Assembly (NCBI GenBank): GCA_947457075.1
Contig: CANGUG010000010.1
Span: 23,177-87,176, forward strand
DNA length: 64,000 nucleotides
Direction: 5' to 3'
DNA from: Bacteroidota bacterium
Lineage (GTDB): Bacteria > Bacteroidota > Bacteroidia > Chitinophagales > Chitinophagaceae
A model generated the notes under the pieces. That model did not search any database, was not told the origin of the DNA, and saw nothing but the letters and a program-made list of their open reading frames with translations. Positions within the stretch are counted from its first letter, which is position 1; every line of letters starts with the position of its first letter. The position numbers and the translations under genes were made by a program. Of the stretch, positions 54,708-64,000 are shown one piece after another.

Positions 54708-56966
54708 ATGCCAAAAGCAAAAAAAATAGCACCCAAAGCGCCCATTTCCAATACGCAGAGTAATACCTTTGATAAAAAGCAGGTTTTACAGGCCTTGGAG
54801 CAGCATTTTGGTTTCAAAGAGTTTAAAGGAACACAGGAAAAGGCCATCATGTCATTATTAAGTGGCAGAGACACTTTTGTGATTATGCCCACTGGTGGTG
54901 GAAAGAGTTTATGTTATCAATTACCTGCTTTAATATTGCCCGGTTGTGCGATTGTGGTTTCTCCATTAATCGCCCTTATGAAAAATCAGGTAGATTTAGT
55001 GAGGGGGTATAGTGAAAAAGACGATGTAGCCCATTTTTTAAATTCTTCATTAAATAAGGGACAAATCAAAGAAGTAAAAGCAGATTTATTGTCCGGCAAA
55101 ACTAAATTACTTTATGTTGCTCCTGAAACTTTAACCAAGCAGGAGAACCTCGATTTTTTTAGTGATTTAAATATTTCCTTTTTTGCAGTAGATGAAGCGC
55201 ATTGTATTTCAGAATGGGGACATGATTTTAGACCAGAATACAGAAGGCTTAAAGAAATGATGGAAGAAATTAATAGTCAGGTTCCCATTATTGCTTTGAC
55301 TGCAACTGCTACACCGAAAGTACAATCTGATATTGTTAAAAACTTAGCATTACGTGAACCAGAAGTTTTAATTTCATCCTTTAACCGTGCTAATTTATAC
55401 TATGAGGTGCAACCTAAAGTAAAAAAAGAATCAACAGTAAAAAGTATTGTAAAATATATTTCAGGTCATAAACGGAAAAGTGGAATTATCTATACTTTAA
55501 ATAGAAAAACGACCGAAGAATTGGCCGACCTTTTAATAGCCAATAACATTAAAGCAGTAGCATATCACGCGGGCTTGGATCAAAAATTAAGGGCCGATAG
55601 ACAGGATCAATTTTTAAACGAAGATGTGCAGGTAATTGTTGCTACCATTGCTTTTGGTATGGGTATTGACAAGCCAGATATTCGATTTGTCATTCATTAT
55701 AATATTCCCAAATCAATTGAAAACTATTATCAAGAAACGGGACGTGCTGGCCGCGATGGGTTGGAAGGAAATTGTATTTTATATTATTCTCATAAAGACG
55801 TTACTAAATTAGAACATTTTTTAAGAGACAAGCCTTTGAGTGAAAGAGAAGTGGGTGCGCAATTAATTGACGAAACGGTCGCCTTCGCTGAAAGTGGTGT
55901 ATGTCGAAGAAGAAGTTTGTTGCATTATTTTGGAGAGCATTGGGAAAATAAAAATTGTGGTAATTGCGACAATTGTTTACAACCCAAAGAAAGTATTGAA
56001 GCTAAAGAACAATTGGTAAGCTTATTAAAAGTGATTCAAGCTTTGGATGAGCGCTTTGTGGCCGATTATGTAGTGCAAATATTAATGGGGGAATACACAC
56101 CTCAAATAGGTTTATATCGCCACGAAAAATTACCTGTATTTGGAATAGGCAAAGCACAGGATGCTTTGTTTTGGAATAGCTTAGTGCGTCAGGCCATGCT
56201 AGAGCAAATTATTCAAAAAGATATTGAAGAGTATGGACTTTTAAAACTCACACCAAAAGGAGAGAAATTCCTTAAAAAGCCAACTAGTTTTAAAATAGTG
56301 TTGAATCAAGTTTTTGATGACGCCAATGCGGATGACGAAGAGGCAGAAGGCGGCGTGAATGCTACGGCCACCACCGACGAACCCTTATTTGAAATGCTAA
56401 AGGAAATTCGTCAACAAGAAGCCAAAAAAAGAAAGCTCCCTCCATTTGTCATTTTCTTAGAAAATTCCCTGCAAGACATGGCTACTTTGTATCCTACCAC
56501 TTTAGAGGAATTAGAAAGATGTCAGGGCGTTAGCAAGGGTAAGGCCATTAAGTATGGCAAACCTTTTGTAGAATTAATTGACAAGTACGTTACTGAAAAT
56601 AATATTGAGAAGCCAGATGATTTTGTCATGAAATCGGTTGCCAATAAGTCCAGCAATAAAATTTACATTATCCAAAATGTAGATAAAAAAATTCCTATTG
56701 AGACCATTGCCAAAAACAAGGATCTTCGTTTAGATGAACTATTGGAGGAAATGGAAACCATCGCAGCAAGTGGCACTAAATTAAATTTGGATTATGCGAT
56801 AGACGAATGGTTGGATGAATATGATCAGGAAGAAATTCTTGAATATTTTAATAATTGTGAAACCTCATCGCTTCAAATTGCGCAACAGGAGTTAAGTGAA
56901 AATGATTATACCTGGGAGCAATTAAAAATTATGCGTATTAAATTTTTAAGTGTAGTTGGCAATTAA
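54708..56966 (+). CDS. recQ: ATP-dependent DNA helicase RecQ
   Basis: MPTGGGKSLCYQLP, VDEAHCISEWGHDFRP, TATAT, ATIAFGMGIDK, QETGRAGRDG, Zn-binding CRR...CGNCDNC, RQC and HRDC domains. Confidence 0.97.
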   Translation: MPKAKKIAPKAPISNTQSNTFDKKQVLQALEQHFGFKEFKGTQEKAIMSLLSGRDTFVIMPTGGGKSLCYQLPALILPGCAIVVSPLIALMKNQVDLVRGYSEKDDVAHFLNSSLNKGQIKEVKADLLSGKTKLLYVAPETLTKQENLDFFSDLNISFFAVDEAHCISEWGHDFRPEYRRLKEMMEEINSQVPIIALTATATPKVQSDIVKNLALREPEVLISSFNRANLYYEVQPKVKKESTVKSIVKYISGHKRKSGIIYTLNRKTTEELADLLIANNIKAVAYHAGLDQKLRADRQDQFLNEDVQVIVATIAFGMGIDKPDIRFVIHYNIPKSIENYYQETGRAGRDGLEGNCILYYSHKDVTKLEHFLRDKPLSEREVGAQLIDETVAFAESGVCRRRSLLHYFGEHWENKNCGNCDNCLQPKESIEAKEQLVSLLKVIQALDERFVADYVVQILMGEYTPQIGLYRHEKLPVFGIGKAQDALFWNSLVRQAMLEQIIQKDIEEYGLLKLTPKGEKFLKKPTSFKIVLNQVFDDANADDEEAEGGVNATATTDEPLFEMLKEIRQQEAKKRKLPPFVIFLENSLQDMATLYPTTLEELERCQGVSKGKAIKYGKPFVELIDKYVTENNIEKPDDFVMKSVANKSSNKIYIIQNVDKKIPIETIAKNKDLRLDELLEEMETIAASGTKLNLDYAIDEWLDEYDQEEILEYFNNCETSSLQIAQQELSENDYTWEQLKIMRIKFLSVVGN

Positions 56967-58009
56967 TGTTCCATGGGCTCGAAAAATTGACCAACCCTTA
57001 ATGCAGCATTTTTACGGATACTCACATAATAAAGATTATAGTCGGCAATATGATAGTTTTGTGTTCTTATCATCACATTGCCAAAAAATTTAGGCTTAGG
57101 TGTCCATAAAACACCATTATGATTAATGGCGCCTGCAACTTTCGGGATCACTTTATTAAAGTTATACAATAGCGATCCTTCATTATTTTTTCTTCCTACT
57201 TCGGGCTTTTCATTACTCCAGGAAAGTGGATTAGTGACAATGGAATTGTATTTTTCTTTTTCAACAAAAGGTGGGATGTAACCTTTTTCAAATGTTCTCC
57301 AAGCGCATATACAGCCTGTTTCATTTGGTTGTTCGCAAGGTTTTATGTTTTGAAAATTGGCCGGATCAATCGCCATGCCAACCACATAAGCAGCGACTAA
57401 TTTTTTACCCAATGGCTTTCCATCAAAATATTCTTTTAACAATCGAATTGCATGAGTCGATCCTTGGCTATGCGATGCTATGATAATTGGCCTTCCATTA
57501 TTATTATTCTTTAAAAAATATTCAAACGCGTTTTTTACATCAGTATAAGCCAGGTCAAATGCAGCCAAAGCTTTTAATGTATCCTCGTGATTAACAGGAT
57601 AGTATGCATTGATATTGGCTTGTCGATATCTTGGCGCATAAATTTTACCTACTTCATTAAATACACTCGCTTGGTATAAAATAGAGGAAAAGTCTGTGTA
57701 AACATTTATTTTATGATCATTTAAGGGCGCATTCCAACCTGCGGGCATTGTTTTGTCTAAATAACTTGTTGGATATACAAAAAACACATCCACCGATTTT
57801 TTTGCAGCAATTGAATAGTCGCCCACTCCATTTGGAATACTATCGGAGGGGTTTTTTTTATTTGGATGAGCAGCCCAGTAAATTAAATTACTATAATCGG
57901 GCAATAAACTTAATTCCTCTTTTTCATAAATAGGCCCGTATTTCGCATAATTGCTTTGACTACAACTGGCAATGATAAGTAGAGAAGAAAAGAAAAAGAG
58001 AATACGCAT
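56963..58009 (-). CDS. DUF3089 family alpha/beta-hydrolase lipoprotein
   Basis: Lipobox IASC, VDVFFVYPT, APRYRQA, nucleophile elbow SHSQGS, YH..DYNLYY. Confidence 0.82.
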   Translation of the reverse strand: MRILFFFSSLLIIASCSQSNYAKYGPIYEKEELSLLPDYSNLIYWAAHPNKKNPSDSIPNGVGDYSIAAKKSVDVFFVYPTSYLDKTMPAGWNAPLNDHKINVYTDFSSILYQASVFNEVGKIYAPRYRQANINAYYPVNHEDTLKALAAFDLAYTDVKNAFEYFLKNNNNGRPIIIASHSQGSTHAIRLLKEYFDGKPLGKKLVAAYVVGMAIDPANFQNIKPCEQPNETGCICAWRTFEKGYIPPFVEKEKYNSIVTNPLSWSNEKPEVGRKNNEGSLLYNFNKVIPKVAGAINHNGVLWTPKPKFFGNVMIRTQNYHIADYNLYYVSIRKNAALRVGQFFEPMEH

Positions 58010-58120
58010 AGGAGGCTTTTTTGATTAGACAAAGTTATCAAAAAAAATGGCGAAGCAGGTCTAAATTGGATAGTTGGTAATTGTGGCCAAAATAATTTAA
58101 TTTTAACCTACTGTTACACT

Positions 58121-59383
58121 ATGAAAATCAAGGCTTATATCTCTTTTTTATTAGATGTTCTACTGCACAGTATAACTTCTTTTGGTGGCCCACAGTCCAA
58201 CTTAGGCTTATTACAAAGCAGATTTGTGGATACTAGAAAGGATATAACAGCCGCGGAGTTAATGGAATACAATGCCCTTTGCCAAATTCTTCCCGGGGCT
58301 TCTTCTACTCAGACTATTGTGTTAATTGGTTATAAACTAGGTGGCTACTCACTTGCAATACTTACTTTGTTATTTTGGATTTTTCCTGCCTGTACTTTAA
58401 TGACATTATTTGCCATTTTATATTCCCAGCAAAATTTATCCAATGGCTTTGGTTTTCTTGAATACTTAAAACCTATGTCCATTGCATTTATCATAAGTGC
58501 CACTTTACACATGTATAAAAATGCAGTGAATAACTTAATAACTAAATGCATTTTTATTGGTGCCTGTCTATTGGTGTTAATTGGATTTAAATCACCTTGG
58601 ACTATTCCTATAGTAATTATCCTTGCAGGCATTGCAACCAATTTTAGTAAAAAAAGAATTCCGCAAACGCCGTTTCAAAAAACAAAAATAAGATGGAGAG
58701 GTCTTTTTATTTTTATAGTTCTTTTTGCATTTGCAGGATTTTTATCTGAAAAAGCAACTCGAAATAATTGGCCTCATCAAAAAGTATTTAACTTATTTGA
58801 AACCAACTATCGTTTTGGCACTTTTGTATTTGGCGGAGGGGATGTTTTAGTGCCTTTAATGTATGAACAGTATGTGACCAGACCCTCCTCAGAAAGAATC
58901 ATCAAAAGCAAAAGAGACGTAATTAAAATTTCAAGTGATGCATTTTTAACAGGTGCAGGAATTGTTCGGGCGGTACCTGGCCCTGTATGGTCAGTCACCA
59001 GTTTTATGGGGGCTATTGCAGTTAATGATAAATCGGTTTATTGGCAAATAATTGGTGCGCTTATTGCATCCTTAGGTGTTTTTTTACCCAGTTTTTTTAT
59101 TGTGTTATTTGCCTTCCCTTTTTGGCAAAATCTAAAAAAATATGCAGTGGTTTTTAGGTCCTTGGAAGGGATAAATGCAGCAGTAGTGGGTATTATGTTG
59201 GGTGCCAGCTTTTATTTATCTAAAGATTTAATTCAGTCCATGAACACCATTTCGGTAGTTAATATTTTCTCCAATCTAGGTATTTTAGTGGCGTGCACCT
59301 ATTTGTTATATACTAGAAAAATGGCTACTCATTGGCTTGTCCTTGGTGTGGTTTGTTTAGGACTTTTGCACTTTTATTTATAG
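58121..59383 (+). CDS. chrA: Chromate ion transporter (long-chain CHR family)
   Basis: SFGGPQ, CQILPGASS and the second repeat FVFGGG..VPGP; multi-TM. Confidence 0.88.
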   Translation: MKIKAYISFLLDVLLHSITSFGGPQSNLGLLQSRFVDTRKDITAAELMEYNALCQILPGASSTQTIVLIGYKLGGYSLAILTLLFWIFPACTLMTLFAILYSQQNLSNGFGFLEYLKPMSIAFIISATLHMYKNAVNNLITKCIFIGACLLVLIGFKSPWTIPIVIILAGIATNFSKKRIPQTPFQKTKIRWRGLFIFIVLFAFAGFLSEKATRNNWPHQKVFNLFETNYRFGTFVFGGGDVLVPLMYEQYVTRPSSERIIKSKRDVIKISSDAFLTGAGIVRAVPGPVWSVTSFMGAIAVNDKSVYWQIIGALIASLGVFLPSFFIVLFAFPFWQNLKKYAVVFRSLEGINAAVVGIMLGASFYLSKDLIQSMNTISVVNIFSNLGILVACTYLLYTRKMATHWLVLGVVCLGLLHFYL

Positions 59384-59500
59384 ACAGTCTTTACAAAAAT
59401 GGGGAGGTAATTTTTAAAGCAGCTTTTAAAGGTAAAAAACCTGTTAATTTATCTTAATTCAACAATACTATTGCAATCCTTTCATAATATTGCATTCGTA

Positions 59501-60232
59501 ATGAATTTTAGTAAATTATTTATCCTGTTTTTTTGTTTAGTGAGTGCTGCACAACTAAGTGGGCAAACATTTACAATTACTGGAACGGTATATGATATAT
59601 CGGGTCGCCGACCTGTTGAATCGGTGTTGGTGAGTAGTGGTCAATTTAATGCAGTTACAGATTCATTGGGCAAGTACCGAATCAAAGCAACCAACAAGGA
59701 TTCTTTATGGTTTTCCTTATTTGGCAAAACCACGCAAAAATTTCCCATTGATACCATTTCAGATAAATCAAATTTCAATGTAATGATTCATGTACTAGGA
59801 TATGATTTGCCAGAAGTAAGGGTTCGAAATAATTACTACAAATTTGATTCCATTCAAAATAGGAATGACTATGCTAAATTTTTTAATTATCAACCGCCTG
59901 GTATTAAATTAAGCAATAATCAACAAATGTTTGGACCTGCAGGTGTATCGGTTGGGTTTGACTTAACTGAAATTATCAACATGTTTCGTTTTCACAGAAA
60001 TAGAAACCTGCAATTTCTTCAAAACAGGTTATTAACCCAAGAAAGGGATAAATATATTGATCGTAGATTCAATAAAAGGTTTGTTCAAAAAATTACCCAC
60101 TTAGAAGGCGAAGCCTTGCAAAAATTCATGGCCTATGGCCGACCCAGCTATGAATTATTGGGACTACTCAATGATTTAGAATTGGGATTATTGATACAAA
60201 ATAGATACAAAGAGTTTAAAAGAGCTAATTAA
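59501..60232 (+). CDS. Secreted hypothetical protein with carboxypeptidase-regulatory-like domain
   Basis: Signal peptide, TITGTVYD, TDSLGKY.I, LPEVRV. Confidence 0.6.
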   Translation: MNFSKLFILFFCLVSAAQLSGQTFTITGTVYDISGRRPVESVLVSSGQFNAVTDSLGKYRIKATNKDSLWFSLFGKTTQKFPIDTISDKSNFNVMIHVLGYDLPEVRVRNNYYKFDSIQNRNDYAKFFNYQPPGIKLSNNQQMFGPAGVSVGFDLTEIINMFRFHRNRNLQFLQNRLLTQERDKYIDRRFNKRFVQKITHLEGEALQKFMAYGRPSYELLGLLNDLELGLLIQNRYKEFKRAN

Positions 60233-60329
60233 TCCTTGGTAAAGGTGCCTAAATTAGGTCTGCCATTCATCTATTTTCTGTGGTTAAAAAGCATTTTTTG
60301 GCTACCTTTAGTCACTAAATCGCTACGTT

Positions 60330-61382
60330 TTGAGAAAATTATCATTTATCGCCTTCGCCGGCCTTTTTGTATTTGCAGGTTGTAAGGAAAAGCAAAAATC
60401 CATTGACAAGTTTGATCCTAATGCTGCCGTTTCAGTAGATATAACAATTGTTGAAAAGCAAGCGGTTCAAAAAGTGGTTGAAGTAAATGGAACCGTTATT
60501 TCCAATGACTTTGTGGAGTTAAGACCCGAAACCAATGGAAGGGTTGTTTTTTTACAAATTCCAGAAGGCAAAGTAGTGAGTGCAGGTACCGTATTAGTGA
60601 AATTGAATGATGCAGATTTACAAGCGCAGCTTGAAAAAATAAAAGCACAACTTGAATTAGCGCAAATCAACGAACAAAGAAATAAACAGCTTTTAAATAT
60701 TAAAGGAATTAATCAAAGTGACTATGACCTTTCATTGCAACAATTAAAAAGCTTGAAAGCGGACATGGCCTATACGCAGTCGCTTATTGAAAAAACAATC
60801 ATTAGAGCGCCTTTTACCGGACAATTAGGATTAAGACAAATAAGTGTGGGTGCATATATCAACACTTCTACTACGGTTGTTACCCTTCAAAAAACCAACG
60901 ATTTGAAAGTGGATTTCACGGTACCTGAATTGTATAAAAATTTAGTTGCTGTTGGCAATAAAGTTTCAATTGAAAGTATTGGTGCTGATAAAAATAAGTT
61001 TGAAGCCACAATTAGTGCAATTGAGCCTCAAATTATTGCTGCCTCTAGAAATTTAAAAGTAAGGGCATCGGTGAATGGAAAATTATTACCTGGCTCTTAT
61101 ACCAAAGTGTATTTAACGGATGAAGATAAAGCAGCGGCATCCATCATGGTTCCCTCTAACGTAATTATACCTGACTCTAAATCAAAACAAATTGTAGTTG
61201 TGAGAGAAGGTAAAGCAAAATTCGTGAGTATTGAAACAGGGTATCGCACACAAACTGCAGTGGAAGTGACCAAAGGATTACAAGTAGGAGACAGTGTTAT
61301 TGTTGCCGGCATGTTGTTTGTCAAAGATGGCTCTAAACTTAAAATTGGGAAAGCCCTCTCCAATATTGATATTACCAAATAG
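60330..61382 (+). CDS. RND efflux periplasmic adaptor (membrane fusion lipoprotein)
   Basis: Lipobox FAGC, GRVVFL...EG..V..G..LVKL lipoyl half, IRAPFTGQLG, LLPG.Y, GLQVGDSVI.AG. Confidence 0.92.
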   Translation: MRKLSFIAFAGLFVFAGCKEKQKSIDKFDPNAAVSVDITIVEKQAVQKVVEVNGTVISNDFVELRPETNGRVVFLQIPEGKVVSAGTVLVKLNDADLQAQLEKIKAQLELAQINEQRNKQLLNIKGINQSDYDLSLQQLKSLKADMAYTQSLIEKTIIRAPFTGQLGLRQISVGAYINTSTTVVTLQKTNDLKVDFTVPELYKNLVAVGNKVSIESIGADKNKFEATISAIEPQIIAASRNLKVRASVNGKLLPGSYTKVYLTDEDKAAASIMVPSNVIIPDSKSKQIVVVREGKAKFVSIETGYRTQTAVEVTKGLQVGDSVIVAGMLFVKDGSKLKIGKALSNIDITK

Positions 61383-61404
61383 GTTTAAAAACTAAGTTAT
61401 TTAG

Positions 61405-64000
61405 ATGAATATATCTGAACTTTCCTTAAAACGTCCGGTGCTTGCAACCGTGATGAATATTGCCATTATCATTTTTGGTTTAGTGGGTTTTTCTTTTCTT
61501 GCATTAAGGGAATATCCCGCCATTGACCCGCCCATTATCATGGTGCAAACCAGTTATACGGGTGCCAATGCCGAAGTGATACAAAGTCAAATTACAGAGC
61601 CATTAGAAAAAGGCATTAACGGTATTCCGGGTATTAGAACCATTAATTCATCTAGTTCGGTGGGCAATTCTAACATTACTGTTGAATTTAATTTGGGGGT
61701 TAATTTAGAAACAGCTGCCAATGATGTACGCGATAAAGTATCTCAGGCTTTAAGGTCTTTGCCACAGGATTTAACAAGTCCGCCAGTAGTATCAAAAGCG
61801 GATGCCAGTGATTTCATTTTAATGTTAACTGTTCGAAGCAAAACAAAAGGTTTGTTAGAGTTAACAGAATACACTGAAAATGTTTTACAACAAAGATTTC
61901 AAACTATTGACGAAGTAAGTAGTGTAGGGGTAAGGGGAAAGCGCCAGTCCATGCGTATCTATCCAGATGCGAATTTATTAAACGCATATGGAATTGCATT
62001 CAATGACATTCAAACTGCCTTGAATAAAGAGAATGTAGAATTACCAGCAGGAGGCATTTATGGGAACAAATCTGAATTCGTTATTAGAACCCTAGGAAGA
62101 CTATCCAAAGAGTCGGACTTTAGAAATATAATTTTAAAAGAGGACGCTAATGGAATAGTGCGCATCGGGGATGTTGCAAAAGTGGAGTTGGGTCCTGAAC
62201 AAGAGGATCAAGGCACTTATTTTAATGGGGTACCCGTTGTGATGTTAACGGTTTCTCCGCAGCCAGGGGCCAATCAAATAAAAATTGCCGATGAATTTTA
62301 TAAAAGATTAGAAGAAATTAAAAAACAAAACAAATCGGATATTGAATTTGCAATACCTATTGACAATACTTTAAATGTACGTCGTGCATTGTCAGAAGTT
62401 AAAGAGACGATTGTAATTTCATTTGTACTTGTTGTTTTGGTAATTTTCTTTTTCTTTAGAAACTGGTTAATTGCGATTCGTCCATTAATTGACATTCCAA
62501 TTTCATTGATTGCCACTTTCTTTATCATGTATTTGGCAGGTTTCTCTATTAATGTATTAACCTTATTGGCGATTGTATTGGCGACCGGCTTGGTGGTGGA
62601 CGACGGTATTGTGGTGACAGAAAATATTTTTAGAAAATTGGAAGAAGGGCTTTCTATAAAAGATGCGGCGCGTGAAGGAAGCAAGGAAATTTTCTTTGCT
62701 GTCATTTCTACCTCTATTACGTTAGCGGTGGTATTTATGCCAGTGATTTTCTTACAAGGATTTGTAGGTTCTTTATTTAAAGAGTTTGGCGTTGTCGTGG
62801 CAGGTGCGGTGCTGGTCTCGGCCTTTGTATCTTTAACCATCACGCCCGTATTAAATGTGTATTTGAATAGAAAAGACGGAGCACATGGTAAATTTTATGA
62901 GCGTACGGAACCTTTCTTTAGAGGAATTGAATTAGGCTATAAAAATTTATTGGATAAATTTTTAAAAGTGCGTTGGGTTGCTTGGTTGATTGTAATTATT
63001 TGTGTTGCAATGATTTTTGTTTTTGGCAAAACGATTCAAAGTGAGTTAGCTCCCTTGGAGGACAAGGGCTCCATTAGAATTACCATGACTGGTGCCGAGG
63101 GAACTAGCTATGAGGATATGAAAGGCGAATTGACAAAAGCCATTAGGATTATGCAGGATTCATTCCCTGAACAAGCGTTTACTTGGGGTAGTGTACCGGG
63201 TTACGGGGGCAATAGTGGCAATAGCTCAGCTAGTGGACGTTTAGGATTGGTGGATAAAGAGGATCGTGAAAGAACACAGTCTCAAATTGCAATTGATTTA
63301 AATAAAAAAATGAAACGTTTTAAAAACGTACGCGTTTTTGCTATTGAGGAACAAACTATTTCTGTAGGGATGATGTCCAGAGGTTCATTGCCTGTTCAGT
63401 TTATTATTCAAAACCTGGATTTTCAAAAAATAAAAACCGTAATTCCTAAATTTTTAGAAGCAGCAAGAAAAAACAAAACTTTCCAAAACGTAGATGTGAA
63501 TTTAAAATTCAATAAACCTGAGTTAGACCTGTCTATTGATCGTATGCGTGTTAGAGATTTGGGTTTAACAACTGCCGATGTAGCACAAGCTTTACAAGCA
63601 GCCTTTAGTGGGGCTCGTTCGGCCTATTTTATTATGAATGACAGACAATACCAGGTGATTACACAAGTCCCAAGGTCTGAAAGAAATGAGCCAACCGATA
63701 TCAATAAAATTTATGTTAGAAATAATAAAGGGGAGAATATTCCTATTTCAAGCGTACTTGTAACCGAAGAAAATAGTAACCCTCCTAACTTGTACCATTA
63801 TAATCGTTTTAATTCTGCAACCGTTTCTGCTTCTCTGGCCGAAGGCAAAACCATTGGTGATGGGGTAGCAGCAATGGAAAGCATTGCCAAAGAACAATTG
63901 GATGAGAGCTTTCAAACTGCTTTAAGTGGAGCTTCACGAGATTTTAAAGAAAGTTCCTCTAATACCTCTCAAGCTTTATTACTTGCATTAATATTAATTT
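61405..64000 (+). CDS. RND efflux permease (AcrB/MdtC/HAE1-like), 3'-truncated by the window edge
   Basis: Not in the ORF track because no stop lies in the window. Translation from ATG 61405 gives MNISELSLKRPVLATVMN...REYPAIDPP...ITEPLEKGINGIPGI, later GLVVDDGIVVTENI and AVISTSITLAVVFMP. Confidence 0.93.
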   Translation, partial: MNISELSLKRPVLATVMNIAIIIFGLVGFSFLALREYPAIDPPIIMVQTSYTGANAEVIQSQITEPLEKGINGIPGIRTINSSSSVGNSNITVEFNLGVNLETAANDVRDKVSQALRSLPQDLTSPPVVSKADASDFILMLTVRSKTKGLLELTEYTENVLQQRFQTIDEVSSVGVRGKRQSMRIYPDANLLNAYGIAFNDIQTALNKENVELPAGGIYGNKSEFVIRTLGRLSKESDFRNIILKEDANGIVRIGDVAKVELGPEQEDQGTYFNGVPVVMLTVSPQPGANQIKIADEFYKRLEEIKKQNKSDIEFAIPIDNTLNVRRALSEVKETIVISFVLVVLVIFFFFRNWLIAIRPLIDIPISLIATFFIMYLAGFSINVLTLLAIVLATGLVVDDGIVVTENIFRKLEEGLSIKDAAREGSKEIFFAVISTSITLAVVFMPVIFLQGFVGSLFKEFGVVVAGAVLVSAFVSLTITPVLNVYLNRKDGAHGKFYERTEPFFRGIELGYKNLLDKFLKVRWVAWLIVIICVAMIFVFGKTIQSELAPLEDKGSIRITMTGAEGTSYEDMKGELTKAIRIMQDSFPEQAFTWGSVPGYGGNSGNSSASGRLGLVDKEDRERTQSQIAIDLNKKMKRFKNVRVFAIEEQTISVGMMSRGSLPVQFIIQNLDFQKIKTVIPKFLEAARKNKTFQNVDVNLKFNKPELDLSIDRMRVRDLGLTTADVAQALQAAFSGARSAYFIMNDRQYQVITQVPRSERNEPTDINKIYVRNNKGENIPISSVLVTEENSNPPNLYHYNRFNSATVSASLAEGKTIGDGVAAMESIAKEQLDESFQTALSGASRDFKESSSNTSQALLLALILI

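Noticed and set aside
62298-62843. 181-aa minus-strand ORF
   Set aside because: It is antisense to the TM region of the RND permease, a typical shadow ORF.
1-64000. tRNA, rRNA, IS elements, integrases, prophage or defence systems
   Set aside because: I saw no T-loop/CCA cloverleaf patterns, terminal inverted repeats, or transposase, integrase or defence-domain motifs. Nearly all of the sequence is explained by ordinary CDSs.

Overview
This is a 64 kb, AT-rich, densely coding segment of a Bacteroidota chromosome. The SusC/SusD pair, TANNTTTG promoter elements and gene content suggest a Chitinophagaceae-like freshwater organism (taxonomy is inference). I saw no rRNA, tRNA, CRISPR array, integrase or transposase. 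The window starts inside a GH3 glycosidase and ends inside an RND efflux permease. The right third is mostly housekeeping (rimP-nusA-infB, SurA-like PPIase, purF, fabH, Man-1-P guanylyltransferase, KpsF/GutQ, recQ, chrA, RND pump). The left two thirds hold several small accessory modules. The most coherent is a putative phosphate-starvation island at about 27.2-37.6 kb. It comprises a TonB-dependent receptor plus an Asp-rich lipoprotein behind five 11-bp-phased Pho-box-like repeats, ppk1-ppx, and a divergent PlcP-like phospholipase C with an uncharacterised MJ1255-type glycosyltransferase, directly followed by arsR-arsM-arsC. Other modules: a SusCD pair with no CAZymes, flanked by a serine-racemase-like enzyme, an amino acid permease and a DDAH-like amidinotransferase; a Cys-rich HYC_CC_PP plus HMA-domain TonB receptor pair; a Crp/Fnr-rhodanese mini-regulon with two CRP-like sites; a fluoride-type CLC antiporter; and a terminator-like attenuator in the rimP leader. 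All family calls come from motif recognition by eye; no database search was run.
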